The notes beneath the pieces were generated by a model, which made no database searches, was not told where the DNA came from, and was given only the letters and a program-made list of their open reading frames with translations. This document shows, piece after piece, positions 1-10,740 of a DNA stretch of 64,000 nucleotides. Origin of the DNA: Octopus sinensis (taxonomy: Eukaryota); assembly GCF_006345805.1 (NCBI RefSeq), contig NC_042997.1, positions 140,120,001 to 140,184,000 of the forward strand. Reading direction: 5' to 3'. Within the stretch, counting starts at the first letter, position 1; each line of letters begins with the position of its first letter. The position numbers and the translations under genes were made by a program.

Positions 1-528
1 ATGCATGAGTTAAAAATGTCTGAGAAAACTCAGCCAGATGATGATGAATTCTTCTTAACTACCAACTGAAAAGCACACAAAATCAAAATTTGGGTCCAGA
101 CAGCTAAGATTCTGACCATATGTGAATTCCTGGTTTCCACTGCTTAATTTCATATATATTTGAAATAACCTTAAAGAAGGAATAAGAACCAGAAATCTCA
201 TTACTTGAGTTTTATTGTAAGTAAACAACTGATTGAGGCTGTAAGTATTTTCTGGCTTTAAAAAGAAATCTTAATTTTTGTGATACAATTTTGGCAGTAT
301 TGTATATGAAAAGGGCTGCTATGAAAGAAATTGGCAAATATTCTAAAGTCCAGCATTCATTTGCAGCAACTTTGAGGGTTAAAAGATGCTGAGCTACTGA
401 GATTGAATATAGGCAATATTTCAAAAATATATTATGTGACTTATAATTTTAGGTTTTGTTGTAAAATTATATAATTCTTGTTGCTTTCAAAATATAGTGT
501 CTAAGATTATTGTTATTAAAATTTCTAG

Positions 529-647
529 ACAACTGAAACTTTTCAAGTGAGAACATCTCCTCCTGTTGATTATCCTCTTGAAGTTACTGCACAGTGTCAA
601 CAATCATTTCTGAGATTTTGGAATCAAAATTACTCGGTAAAAGCAAG
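529..647 (+). CDS. Alpha-arrestin (arrestin domain-containing protein), first visible exon; gene 5' end lies upstream of the window
   Basis: ttctag|ACAACT...GCAAG|gtgaat; open frame TTETFQVRTSPPVDYPLEVTAQCQQSFLRFWNQNYSVKA(R); ends in phase 2 and joins the next exon in frame. Confidence 0.8.
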
Positions 648-1481
648 GTGAATATCAGCAATATTTGAAGTTTTCATTTTTAATGACCACGGTAACATGT
701 ACTTGTATTGGGTTTGATGTCAGATATACTACATATGTCAACTATTGATGTGGCATGGTTCCATTATTATATCTTCAAAGCTAATATTTTCTTTACTGTT
801 TAGTCAGAGGAGATACATATCTCTGACACTTTACTTTTTGAGAACCTGCAAGGCAGGTCGAAGGAAAGGAGGAAGTTGTCCTAAAATTGTAGACATGATT
901 TGAATGCTTGCTATAGAGTGAGCTTCTCTAAAGGTTCTCAAAGACTGAGTGATGTTGATAAATCAGGTGATGTATTTAAGTCAGCCATCAGAGAACTGAG
1001 AATGTAAAGTGGGAAAAATACTGCAAGGCATCTAATCTAAAACTCCAGCAATTCTATGAATCAACAATCCTGACTGGTACTTCATTTCATCCACTTCAAA
1101 TTTGACTCTTGATGTGTTTTAAACAAATACCATACAGCATTTTCTTTTATACTCTAATAATTTTGCCTATTTTCTGTACCTCATAGAAATATTGTTGATT
1201 GGCCCAAGGCTACAGTAGAAGACACTTGCCCAAGGTGCCATTCAGTGGGATTGAACCTGGAACCATGTGGTTGGGGAGCAAGCTTCTTGCCACACAGCTA
1301 TGCTTGTGCCAATTATATGTGGACTTTTATAGTATTTTTTGAAGCTGATGTGTTATCAGAGTAAAGCTAAATTGCAATAATTGAGACACGTTTACATGTT
1401 ACTGAAAAACCACTGCATTATCTTAACTGTTTAATCATTTTGCTCTTTATTTTTTTCTTTATTGTTTTCTTTTGTTCACAG

Positions 1482-1581
1482 GTTTGACGCAGCTGGTTAT
1501 GTACCTGGAGAAGATAATGCTAAATTATGTCTTCAATATAATACCTCATCAAATATCAAAATTAAAGAAATTATAGTAAAG
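1482..1581 (+). CDS. Alpha-arrestin exon, start of Arrestin_C domain
   Basis: Polypyrimidine acceptor ttgttcacag|G; (R)FDAAGYVPGEDNAKLCLQYNTSSNIKIKEIIVK matches the arrestin-C GYVPGE motif; donor AAG|gtctgt, phase 0. Confidence 0.88.
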
Positions 1582-1606
1582 GTCTGTAAGAAGGTCAATC
1601 CTTTAA

Positions 1607-2185
1607 CTCTTTAGCATAAACAACTGGCCATTTCAGGCCCAAATATTCTACCTGTCCTATGTTCAAACTGGCCAAATGCTGTTTCTCTCATCTACTCTTT
1701 ACTCTCTTTTTACTCTTTTTACTTGTTTCAGTCATTTGACTGTGGCCATGCTGGAGCACCGCCTTTAGTCGAGCAAATTGACCCCGGGACTTATTCTTTG
1801 TAAGCCCAGTACTTATTCTATCAGTCTTTTTTGCCAAACCGCTAAGTGACGGGGATACACAAACACACACTCACACATATATATATATATATATATACGA
1901 CAGGCTTCTTTCAGTTTCCGTCTACCAAATCCACTCACAAGGCATTGGTCGGCCCGGGGCTATAGCAGAAGACACTTGCCCAAGATGCCACGCAGTGGGA
2001 CTGAACCCGGAACCATGTGGTTGGTAAGCAAGCTACTTACCACACAGCCACTCCTGCGCCTACTGTATAATGTTATTCTAAAAATAAACAAACACATCAT
2101 CAAAATGATGTGTTAGCTATGAATTAATGCATGATTAATTCAAAACAATGTGAAGAAATAAGCATTACATTTGTATGGTAAAGGG
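1607..2185. mobile_element. piggyBac-type MITE interrupted by a SINE-A copy
   Basis: TTAA|CTCTTTAGC ... GTAAAGGG|TTAA; same family as 63701-63920. Confidence 0.7.
1693..2061 (-). mobile_element. SINE family A (tRNA head, CORE-like ACCTTGGGCAAGTGTCTT, central (TA/CA)n, (GAGTAAAA)n tail); resembles octopus OR-type SINEs
   Basis: Reverse strand shows A-box TGGCTGTGTGG and B-box GGTTCAGTCCC; near-identical copies occur throughout the window. Confidence 0.85.
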
Positions 2186-2685
2186 TTAATCCAATTATTC
2201 ATGTACACACACATACACACGCACACACACACACACACACGCATACATGCATTCACACATGCACATGCACAAACACATACAGATGCAGATATATAAAGAA
2301 AACAAATTAAACTGTTCCTTTTGACAATATGTATTCTAGTTGTTAGTTGTTCAATCAATAGAACAGCTTGCTTATTGAATTATTGTTTAAGTGGCTGGGT
2401 ATTCCTCAGGCACCTGTACTCTTAACATAGTCCTCAATCAGAATCTAAATGACAAAGCTGGCTTTTTACATTACAATACAATCCATCCGGGGAACTTCTA
2501 CTTAGCTTTCATCTACAAAATTCCATTCACAAGGTATAGCAGAGAACTATAGTAGAGGCTGTAGTAGAGATACTTACTCAAGGTGCCATGCATGGGGTCA
2601 ATCCAGAAACCACAGTGTTGCAAAACAAACTTCTTAACCACATGAAACAAGACCCCTTTCATCAGTTTTCCTGGGCATTTGGTCT

Positions 2686-3102
2686 TATTCTCTTTTACTC
2701 TGTCTTTTACTTGTTTCAGTCATTTGACTGTGGCCATGCTGGAGCACCACCTTTTTAGTCGAGCAAATCAACCCCAGGACTTATTCTTTTGTAAGCATAG
2801 TACTTATTCTATCGGTCTCTTTTGCCGAACCGCTAAGTTACGGGGACATAAACACACCAGCATCGGTTGTCAAGCGATGTTGGGGGGACAAACACAGACA
2901 CACAAACACATACACACGCATATGTATATACATATATACGACGGGCTTATTTCAGTTTCCGTCTACCAAATCCACTCACAAGGCTTTGATCAACCCGAGG
3001 CTATAGTAGAAGACACTTGCCCAAGGTGCCACGCAGTGGGACTGAACCCGGAACCATGTGGTTGGTAAGCAAGCTACTTACCACACAGCCACTCCTATGC
3101 CT
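2686..3102 (-). mobile_element. SINE-A full length
   Basis: Aligns end to end with 1693-2061. Confidence 0.85.
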
Positions 3103-3244
3103 ATAGGTCTTGATAGCCTTCTGTAACTGTTTCAGCAAGTTGCCATAGTGCTTCCCAGTGATGGTCTCACAAGGCACAGGATTGTAACTAAAATAGGATA
3201 GCTTTACTCAGTAATCTTTTAATGTTATATCTTTTTAACTTTCA

Positions 3245-3466
3245 TCTTTAATTTGTTTCAGTCATTAGACTGCAGCAATGCTGGGGCATCACCTAAAAGA
3301 ATTTTTTTGTCAAATGAATCGACCCCCCCCCCATTACTTTTTTTTTTTAAGTGTGGTATTTATTCTGTTGGTCTCTTTTGCCGAACCACTAAGTTACAGT
3401 GATGTAAACACACCCACACTGATTGTCAAGCAATGGTGGGGAAACAAACACACACACACACACACG

Positions 3467-3503
<37 letters not shown>

Positions 3504-3600
3504 CATGGGCTTCTATCAGTTTCCATCTACCAAATCCACTCACAAATCTTTGGCCGGCCCAATGTGATAATAAAAGACACTTGCACAAGTGTCTTCTACT
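3245..3600 (-). mobile_element. SINE-A, 5'-truncated
   Basis: 3' and central parts present; stops at the CORE segment with a short inversion. Confidence 0.75.
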
Positions 3601-3877
3601 TTTCATGCATGAAACCTAAAACTACTAACAAGTTACAATATCACACAACATTACAGAAGAGCCTCTTACCCAGTTGCTTGATGTGCTAGAAATGGCAACC
3701 TAATCTTACTGTCTTAATAAAAAAATTAAAAACACTTAGGATACAAAAAAACTACAAAAAAAGACAAGATGGTCCAGGCTGGAATGTTTTTGATCATATG
3801 TGTATTTAATCAAGGCTGAAATGGAATTGAACAGCAAAAACAACATGAACCAAGTTAAAAATAGTTTTAAATGGTGT

Positions 3878-4259
3878 CTCTCTCTCTTTTACTTGTTTCA
3901 GTCATTTGACTGCGGCCATGCTGGAGCACCGCCTTTAATCGAGCAAATCGACCCCAGGACTTATTCTTTGTAAGCCCAGTACTTATTCTATCGGTCTCTT
4001 TTAGCCGAACCGCTAAGTGACGGGGACATAAACACACCAGCATCGGTTGTCAGGCAATGCTAGGGGGACAAACACACACACATATATATATATATACGAC
4101 GGGCTTCTTTCAGTTTCCGTCTACCAAATCCACTCACAAGGCTTTGGTCGGCCCGAGGCTATAGTAGAAGACACTTGCCCAAGGTGCCACGCAGTGGGAC
4201 TGAACCCGGAACCATGTGGTTGGTAAGCAAGCTACCTACCACACAGCCACTCCTACGCT
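3878..4259 (-). mobile_element. SINE-A full length
   Basis: Aligns end to end with the other copies. Confidence 0.85.
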
Positions 4260-4816
4260 TATGTCCTGTATGACAAAGAATTATATACCTTCAAATCATC
4301 ATCATCATAATCGTCATTGTCATTTAATGTCTGCCCTCCATGCTAGCAGAGGTTGGATGGTTTGACAGGAGCTGGTAAGCCAGAAGACCTCACCAGGCTC
4401 TAATTTAGCATGGTTTCTACTGCTGAATGCTCTTCCTAATGCCAAATTCACTCATAAGGCTTTGGTTGGCCTAGGGCTTTAGTAGGAGACACTTGCCTAA
4501 GATGTCTGCAATGGGACTAAACCAGAGACCATGTGGTTGGAAAGCAAGCTTTTAAACCACACAGTCACACCCATACTTTCAACAATATAAATAGATTATT
4601 AGAAATATTAAATTTCTAAATCTCTCATAGAGATATGTACGGTGGTGGGGCGATAGAATGGTTGTATACTGTCAATCTAACGTAAACGTGACAGTAGGGG
4701 GTTACACCACCACTGTTTAGCCCTAGGAAGTATCGACGCTTTCTGATGGCTTCGACACATTTTTCCTGTGTCCTTATATACATAGATTATTCTTTACTGT
4801 TTATATCTACTTTCAG

Positions 4817-4980
4817 CTTTTGAAGTCCCTTGCATTATCTGGTGGATCAGCGGGCCGTAAATCTGTTACTGAGGAAAGTTTTGATTCCGCTCAACCCTCT
4901 TATATTTTACCATATCGCACACAGGAAAGTAATGTTTGGCAAACTTGCTTAACATATACTAATGAAGAATTACCTAACAT
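4817..4980 (+). CDS. Alpha-arrestin exon
   Basis: ctactttcag|CTT...AACAT|gtgagt; LLKSLALSGGSAGRKSVTEESFDSAQPSYILPYRTQESNVWQTCLTYTNEELPN(I), phase 0 to 2, consistent with neighbouring exons. Confidence 0.85.
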
Positions 4981-5070
4981 GTGAGTTAACTACTTATTTT
5001 TTAATTAACTAATTTCTACTCTTGTTTCCTTTGAAATCCATCAATATGTAGCCAGCTTTTTCTCATTTTG

Positions 5071-5491
5071 TACTCTCTTACTCTTTACTCTTTTACTTGT
5101 TAGTCATTTGACTGCGGCCATGCTGGAGCACCGCCTTTAGTCGAGCAAATCGACCCCGGGACTTATTCTTTGTAAGCCCAGTACTTATTCTATCGGTCTC
5201 TTTTGCCGAACCGCTAAGTGACGGGGACGTAAACACACCAGCATCGGTTGTCAAGCAATACTAGGGGGACAAACACAGACACACAAACATATACACACAC
5301 ATACATACATATATATATATATATATACGACAGGCTTCTTTTAGTTTCCGTCTACCAAATCCACTCACAAGGCATTGGTCGGCCTGGGGCTATAGCAGAA
5401 GACACTTGCCCAAGATGCCATGCAGTGGGACTGAACCCAGAACCATATGGTTGGTAAGCAAGCTACTTACCACACAGCCACTCCTGTGCCT
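5071..5491 (-). mobile_element. SINE-A full length
   Basis: Aligns end to end with the other copies. Confidence 0.85.
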
Positions 5492-6441
5492 ATTTACTTT
5501 ATTTGCATATTAGTAGGGGGAAAGAAAAACTAACTGGGAAATTGTGTAAATATGGGTCTGCTAAGCAGTGGGTTTTGATACATCAAAAATGGGAGCTTAA
5601 ATAATAAGATAATCATTATTTCATTTTGTTTCTGTGAACTTTACTGAAGCAGGTATACCTATACCTATTAATATTGGCTTCAAATTTTTGGCATAAGACC
5701 ATCAATTTTGAGAAGGTTCTTATTTTATCTGAAAGGCAAAGTGGTCCTTGGTGCAATTTGAACCCAGAATGTAAAGAAGGATGAAATGCCACTCATAATT
5801 TTGCTTGGTGTGCTAACGATTATGGTAGGTTACCACCTTCCTGTACCTATTAATATTAAGTTGGATATGAATAACTGTAAAAAAAACCACATAAACACAA
5901 ATAAAATATCTCCCCGCTCCAACATGTGCACATTGGTACTCAATTATATTTATAATAATTTATATAAATTATAATTTATATTCATTCATAATTATTAATG
6001 GAACTTAATATAATCAAACCTCATATTAGTTCAAATATGTATGAGAAATATTTGAATCTGTAAACAGCTTTTCACTTTAGTTTATCACGGAGATTAAAAT
6101 TCTCTCTCACTTAAGACAAAAAAAGTGGAAAAGCACCATATTCAGCTTAAAATGCCCTCTATTGGACTGATGGATACATAAACTAATTTTGTTCTCAGTT
6201 CAATATATCAAAGAGAAGCAAATCTGAACTGATGAAGTAGCTTAGCTTCTCTTATAAGAAAGCCATTGAAAATATTGACTGGTGGCACATATCAGCTGCC
6301 AGGCCATAGAAAATTTATAAGTAGATGCATAAAGCAGTGACTGAGAGTAAACCAAGCTTGATTGTAGTTCAAATATGTTTAAAAGAATCTTCTTAAATTT
6401 AACATAACTAACACATTGCATTCATTTGTTTTCTCTTACAG

Positions 6442-6505
6442 ACCTCTTGAAATTAAAATACCTCTAAAAGACTTATCACCCACCACCAGCACTGAGATTA
6501 TTCAG
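6442..6505 (+). CDS. Alpha-arrestin exon ending in a GC donor
   Basis: ttctcttacag|A; (I)PLEIKIPLKDLSPTTSTEIIQ resembles arrestin-C L.IP...PT....II; frame continuity with exon 9240 requires CAG|gcaaac. Confidence 0.8.
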
Positions 6506-6818
6506 GCAAACAACATTTCTATTTTTGTAGCAAACATTTATGCATACATGAACATCTTCTTGCACAAGATTAATTGTTGACAGTAGCTTTTTTTTAAATT
6601 ACATCTTTAGTATATTATAGGTTTCTATGAATAGGCTTCTTTCAGTTTCCATCTACCAAATCCAATCGTAAGTCAACCCAGCAATGTAGTACAAGATATT
6701 CACATACGGTACCACACTGTGGGACTGAGCTTGCAAGTGGTTGGGAAGTAAACTAAATACCACAGAGACATGACTGCATATTTATGTACACACACATACA
6801 CACACACACACGTGTGTG

Positions 6819-6899
<81 letters not shown>

Positions 6900-6905
<6 letters not shown>

Positions 6906-7110
6906 ACAAAGAATGAACATAAAAAAAAAACAAAAACGTGAGGATGTGGTACATGTAAAGTATTAGCAGACACTCAGGGAAGGAAAGAAAGGTGGTTTTA
7001 CTACATTTCGAGCAAAGCTCTTCTTCAGAAACAGGAGACAAAAGAATGTCCAAGAGAAAAGGAAGATAGAAGAAAAAATAAATCGCCAACGATTCACATG
7101 TGGTTAGACT
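6900..7110 (-). mobile_element. Penelope-like terminal-repeat fragment carrying a hammerhead motif
   Basis: Minus strand CTGAAGA-A-GAGCTTTGCTC-GAAA is the architecture typical of PLE pLTRs. Confidence 0.6.
6995..7032 (-). ncRNA. Minimal type I hammerhead ribozyme motif
   Basis: Stem I GTTT/AAAC; core CTGAAGA plus extra A; stem II GAGC-TTT-GCTC; GAAA; short stem III A-T/T-G; GUA cleavage triplet. Confidence 0.6.
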
Positions 7111-7282
7111 TTGAAATGACTGGAAGGGAATGGGTGAAGAAAAAGTTCTTTCTAAGACAGGAGAGTGTAAGAGAAGGAGGTGTGTGTGTAATAGCATGTG
7201 TGTGTGTGTGTGTATGTGTTGTGTGTGTGGTGTTACACCAACTTGAGTTGAAAATTTTGGGAGCATGCACCACTTACTAATG

Positions 7283-7439
7283 TAGCACACAGTGTGGCTC
7301 TGTGATAAGAAGCTTGCTTCCCAGCCACATGGTTCAGGGTTCAGTCCCACTGTGTGGCACCTTGGGCAAGTGTCTTCTGCTATAGCCTCAGGTTGACCAA
7401 AGCCTTGTGATCGGATTTGGTAGACAGAAGATGAAAGAA

Positions 7440-7442
<3 letters not shown>
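7283..7442 (+). mobile_element. SINE-A 5' half (older copy)
   Basis: tRNA head and CORE segment, ending in (TA)n. Confidence 0.8.
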
Positions 7443-7471
<29 letters not shown>

Positions 7472-7474
<3 letters not shown>

Positions 7475-7685
7475 TTCTCTTTTCTCTTTTACTTGTTTCA
7501 GTCATTTGACTGCGGCCATGCTGGAGCACTGCCTTTAATCGAGCAACTCGACCCTGGGACTTATTCTTTTGTAAACCCAGTACTTATTCTATCGGTCTCT
7601 TTTGCCGAACCGCTATGTAATGGGGACATAAACACACCAGCATCAGTTGTCAAGCAATGCTAGGGGGACAAACACAGACACACAA

Positions 7686-7718
<33 letters not shown>

Positions 7719-7889
7719 CATATATACTACGGGCTTCTTTCAGTTTCCGTCTACCAAATCCACTCACAAAGCTTTGGTTGGCCCAAGGCTATAGTAGAAG
7801 ACACTTGCCCAAGGTGCCACACAGTGGGACTGAACCCGGAACCTTGTGGTTGGTAAACAAGCTACTTACCACACAGCCACTCCTGCGCC
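7472..7889 (-). mobile_element. SINE-A full length
   Basis: Aligns end to end with the other copies. Confidence 0.85.
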
Positions 7890-7898
7890 ATACATATA

Positions 7899-8597
7899 CA
7901 AGGGAGAGTCAAAATTATATGCACTCTTGTTTTTTCAATGTATTTACACAAAAGCAGGGGACAAACAAGTATGTCATTTTTCTATATAGTCTCCTTCCTT
8001 TTTGATGCACTTGGTCCAGCAGTCCACAAGCTTGTGTATTCCCTCCGAGAAGGTGTTTAGTTTGTTGTGCAACCATTTATGCACCACTTCCTTCACATCT
8101 TCATCCATAGGAAATCGACAACATTGTAAACCATCTTTGAGTGGTCCAAAGATATGATAGTTGGAAGGGGCAAGATCTGGGCTGTAGGCAGGGTGTTCCA
8201 GCACCTCAAGACCCAATTGGTTAATGGTTTCAACAGTTTGGGTGGCTGTGTGTGGGCATGCATTGTCATGCAACAACAAAACTTCCTTCAATAACAGGCT
8301 TCGTCGTTTGGTGCAAATTGCTGGCTTCAGTTTGTTGGTCAGTAAAGCACTTTTGATCATACACCTCTTCCGACCAGAGAAATTGGATCACTGCTCTTTG
8401 TTCTTCTTTGGTGCATATTGCTAGTGGAGCAGCCATGCTAACACTTTAAAGCCAAAAAGAAAAATGGTGCGAACAGGCTCAACTTCAATCATGTGACCAC
8501 AATAGTACCAACTATAAGCATGCATGTGCAGAAGGCAGTGTGACAATAATAAAGATATGTTATGATGAAAGTGCAGATAATTTCTGACTTCCCCTCG
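7899..8597 (-). mobile_element. Internally deleted mariner (DD34D-type) element
   Basis: TA|CAAGGGAGAGTCAAAATTATATGCAC and GTGCAGATAATTTCTGACTTCCCCTCG|TA TIRs. N-terminus MAAPLAICTKEEQRAVIQFLWSE (ATG 8436) is fused out of frame to C-terminal LLLHDNACPH...HPAYSPDLAPSNYHIF (third Asp is Asn). Confidence 0.9.
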
Positions 8598-8599
8598 TA

Positions 8600-8829
8600 T
8601 ATATATGTGTGTGCGTCTTTGAGTCTGTGTTTGTCTCCCCACCACCACTTGGCAATCAGTGTCGGTGTGTTTGCATCTCCGTAACCTGGCCAGTTTGGCA
8701 AAAGACACTGATAGAATAAGTACCAGGCTCAAAGAATAAGTATTTTGGGTCGATTCATTCGACTAAAAATTCAAGGTGGTACCCCAGCATGGTCACAGTC
8801 CAATGACTGAAACAAGTAAAAGATAAAAG
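8600..8829 (+). mobile_element. SINE-A 3' half (older copy)
   Basis: (TG)n, 3' body and GAAACAAGTAAAAGATAAAAG tail. Confidence 0.8.
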
Positions 8830-8867
<38 letters not shown>

Positions 8868-8868
8868 T

Positions 8869-9005
8869 CAAGGTGGGTCAAAAAGTCATGCACAAAATGA
8901 GTTCAATACAGCCTGGTATTGTCAGACATGCTTCAATTTATCTAAAATTGAATAAAATAATGATGAATACACATATACTTGTTGACAATGAACAAGATGA
9001 TTAAA

Positions 9006-9046
<41 letters not shown>

Positions 9047-9106
9047 CAACAACATTAATAAAGTGAAATGCCAGATCTTTTGGTGCCTGACTTTTGGCCC
9101 ACCCTG
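8869..9106. mobile_element. Tc1/mariner-type MITE
   Basis: TIRs CAAGGTGGGTCAAAAGTCA / TGACTTTTGGCCCACCCTG followed by TA. Confidence 0.65.
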
Positions 9107-9239
9107 TATATACAATGATCATTTTTTTAATGGCCTTTGGCCAGGCCTTGTGTATTGTGTGTGTGTGTGTGTAGTTTAAGTAACAGTAAATGCCTGTCAG
9201 TATAACTTTTACTTTTTATATATATATTTTTTTAAACAG

Positions 9240-9338
9240 TGTTTCTATAAAGTGAAAATACATATAACTCTACAGAACAATAAATCAGTTCAGCTTGATG
9301 TGCCTGGACCCTATGTACTATCTCCCCTCGATGAAAAG
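9240..9338 (+). CDS. Alpha-arrestin exon, end of Arrestin_C domain
   Basis: tttttaaacag|TGT...AAG|gtaagt; CFYKVKIHITLQNNKSVQLDVPGPYVLSPLDEK matches the terminal arrestin strands (V.Y.L.V...L.+P). Confidence 0.85.
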
Positions 9339-9558
9339 GTAAGTTACAACATTCACTTATACTATTCAGCAACAGACTAACATTTATTTGAAGTTCCTAT
9401 TGGAATGTAGCAAGTATACATCTATGCCTCACATCTATATTTTATTTTGGTCAGTAAGGGCATCAAAACTATTCAACCAGAGATTGCTGTGTGTGTCACT
9501 TACATACAATGTTGATGACAATAATGTTTTCATTTCTCACAACACTTTTATTCATTAA

Positions 9559-9779
9559 CCCTTTCGTTACTGTATTTATTTTAAGATACTCTGTGTTTGT
9601 TTCAATTAATTTTAAATATAACAAACAATTTAGTAAAATAACTTAGTTATCATTCAGCTAGTGTTAGGAACATAAATTGTAACTAAGGTTTGGTAGAAGA
9701 TTTTAATTCAAAACTTATGAAAACAAGACATTTGTACTCAGAGCCAGAACCGGTTTCAGCCGGGTTGGTAACGAAAGCG
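9559..9779. mobile_element. piggyBac-type MITE, second family
   Basis: TTAA|CCCTTTCGTTAC ... GTAACGAAAGCG|TTAA. Confidence 0.8.
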
Positions 9780-10379
9780 TTAATGACTGTCTTAGTCTTT
9801 CTTAACCTTCTTCATGCTGGGATCATCCACAAACAACTTAGATATTTCAAACTAGACTTGCTAGATACTTTTAAAAAATGCCCTCCACAGAAGAATTAGA
9901 CAACTAAGTCTTCTTTTAACAACATCAAGACACAATTTAATGTACATATTAAGGAAACGGACTTGAACATCACACTATCTAGTCATGAACAACATACAAC
10001 AAAAATCTTCAAAGTTACTATAAACACAAAGTCTTACAATCTTTAACAATTTTTCATAATAATAATGAAATTATTGTATACAGTGCTCAGGTGCACCACA
10101 ACTTGTCAAAAAGTACGTATAAAGTATATGCTGTAATATACAAATGTCTGGAAAGTGAACAGTGTATGAGTCAGATACATGCTTGCATGTGTATGGAGGG
10201 GAGAAAATCAGGTGTAGTGTTGGTGAATCTCAGGAAGCATGGAAGTTTTGAAGTCATGATAATCTTAGATATATAAAAAATTATGCTCTGCAAAAACTAG
10301 GTTTCCTCTTTGAACTAGAAAGTACATCAGCTTTGAACTCTACAAAATTCAAATATCACTCGTATTGGAGTACAGCTCA

Positions 10380-10740
10380 GCACCATTTCAGTGTGATCAA
10401 TGCCAGTGCTGCCTGACTGGTCCCATGCCAGTGGCACATAAAAAGCACCATTCAAGTGTGGTTGTTGCCAATGCCACCTGACTGGTTCCCGAGCTAGTGG
10501 CATGTAAAAAGCACCATTCAAGCACAGTTGATGCCAGTACTGCCTGACTGGCTCTCATGCCGGTGGCACATAAAAAGCACCCACTACACTCTCGATTTTT
10601 TTATTTATTTATTTTTGGCAGTTGTAAACTTTGCCAGATCAGATTGGAGCCTGGTGCAGCCTTCTGGCTTGCCAGCCCTCAGTCAAACCATCCAACCCAT
10701 GTCAGCATGGAAAACGAACATTAAATGATGATGATGACAT
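10380..10740 (+). mobile_element. SINE-like family H with internal ~60-65 bp tandem units and (TGA)n tail
   Basis: Three units AAAAGCACC...GTGGCAC/TA, then AACCCATGTCAGCATGGAAAACGAACATTAAATGATGATG; related copies near 4290, 13540, 39850, 59290 and 61960. Confidence 0.6.

Noticed and set aside
2679-3068. Recurrent ORFs ending ...GLNPEPCGW (also 5248, 7647 and 6700)
   Set aside because: Open frames through SINE-A copies and their dinucleotide tracts.
10380-10600. CRISPR-like spaced repeats
   Set aside because: Degenerate ~60-65 bp tandem units of a eukaryotic repeat; spacers are mutually homologous; no cas genes.
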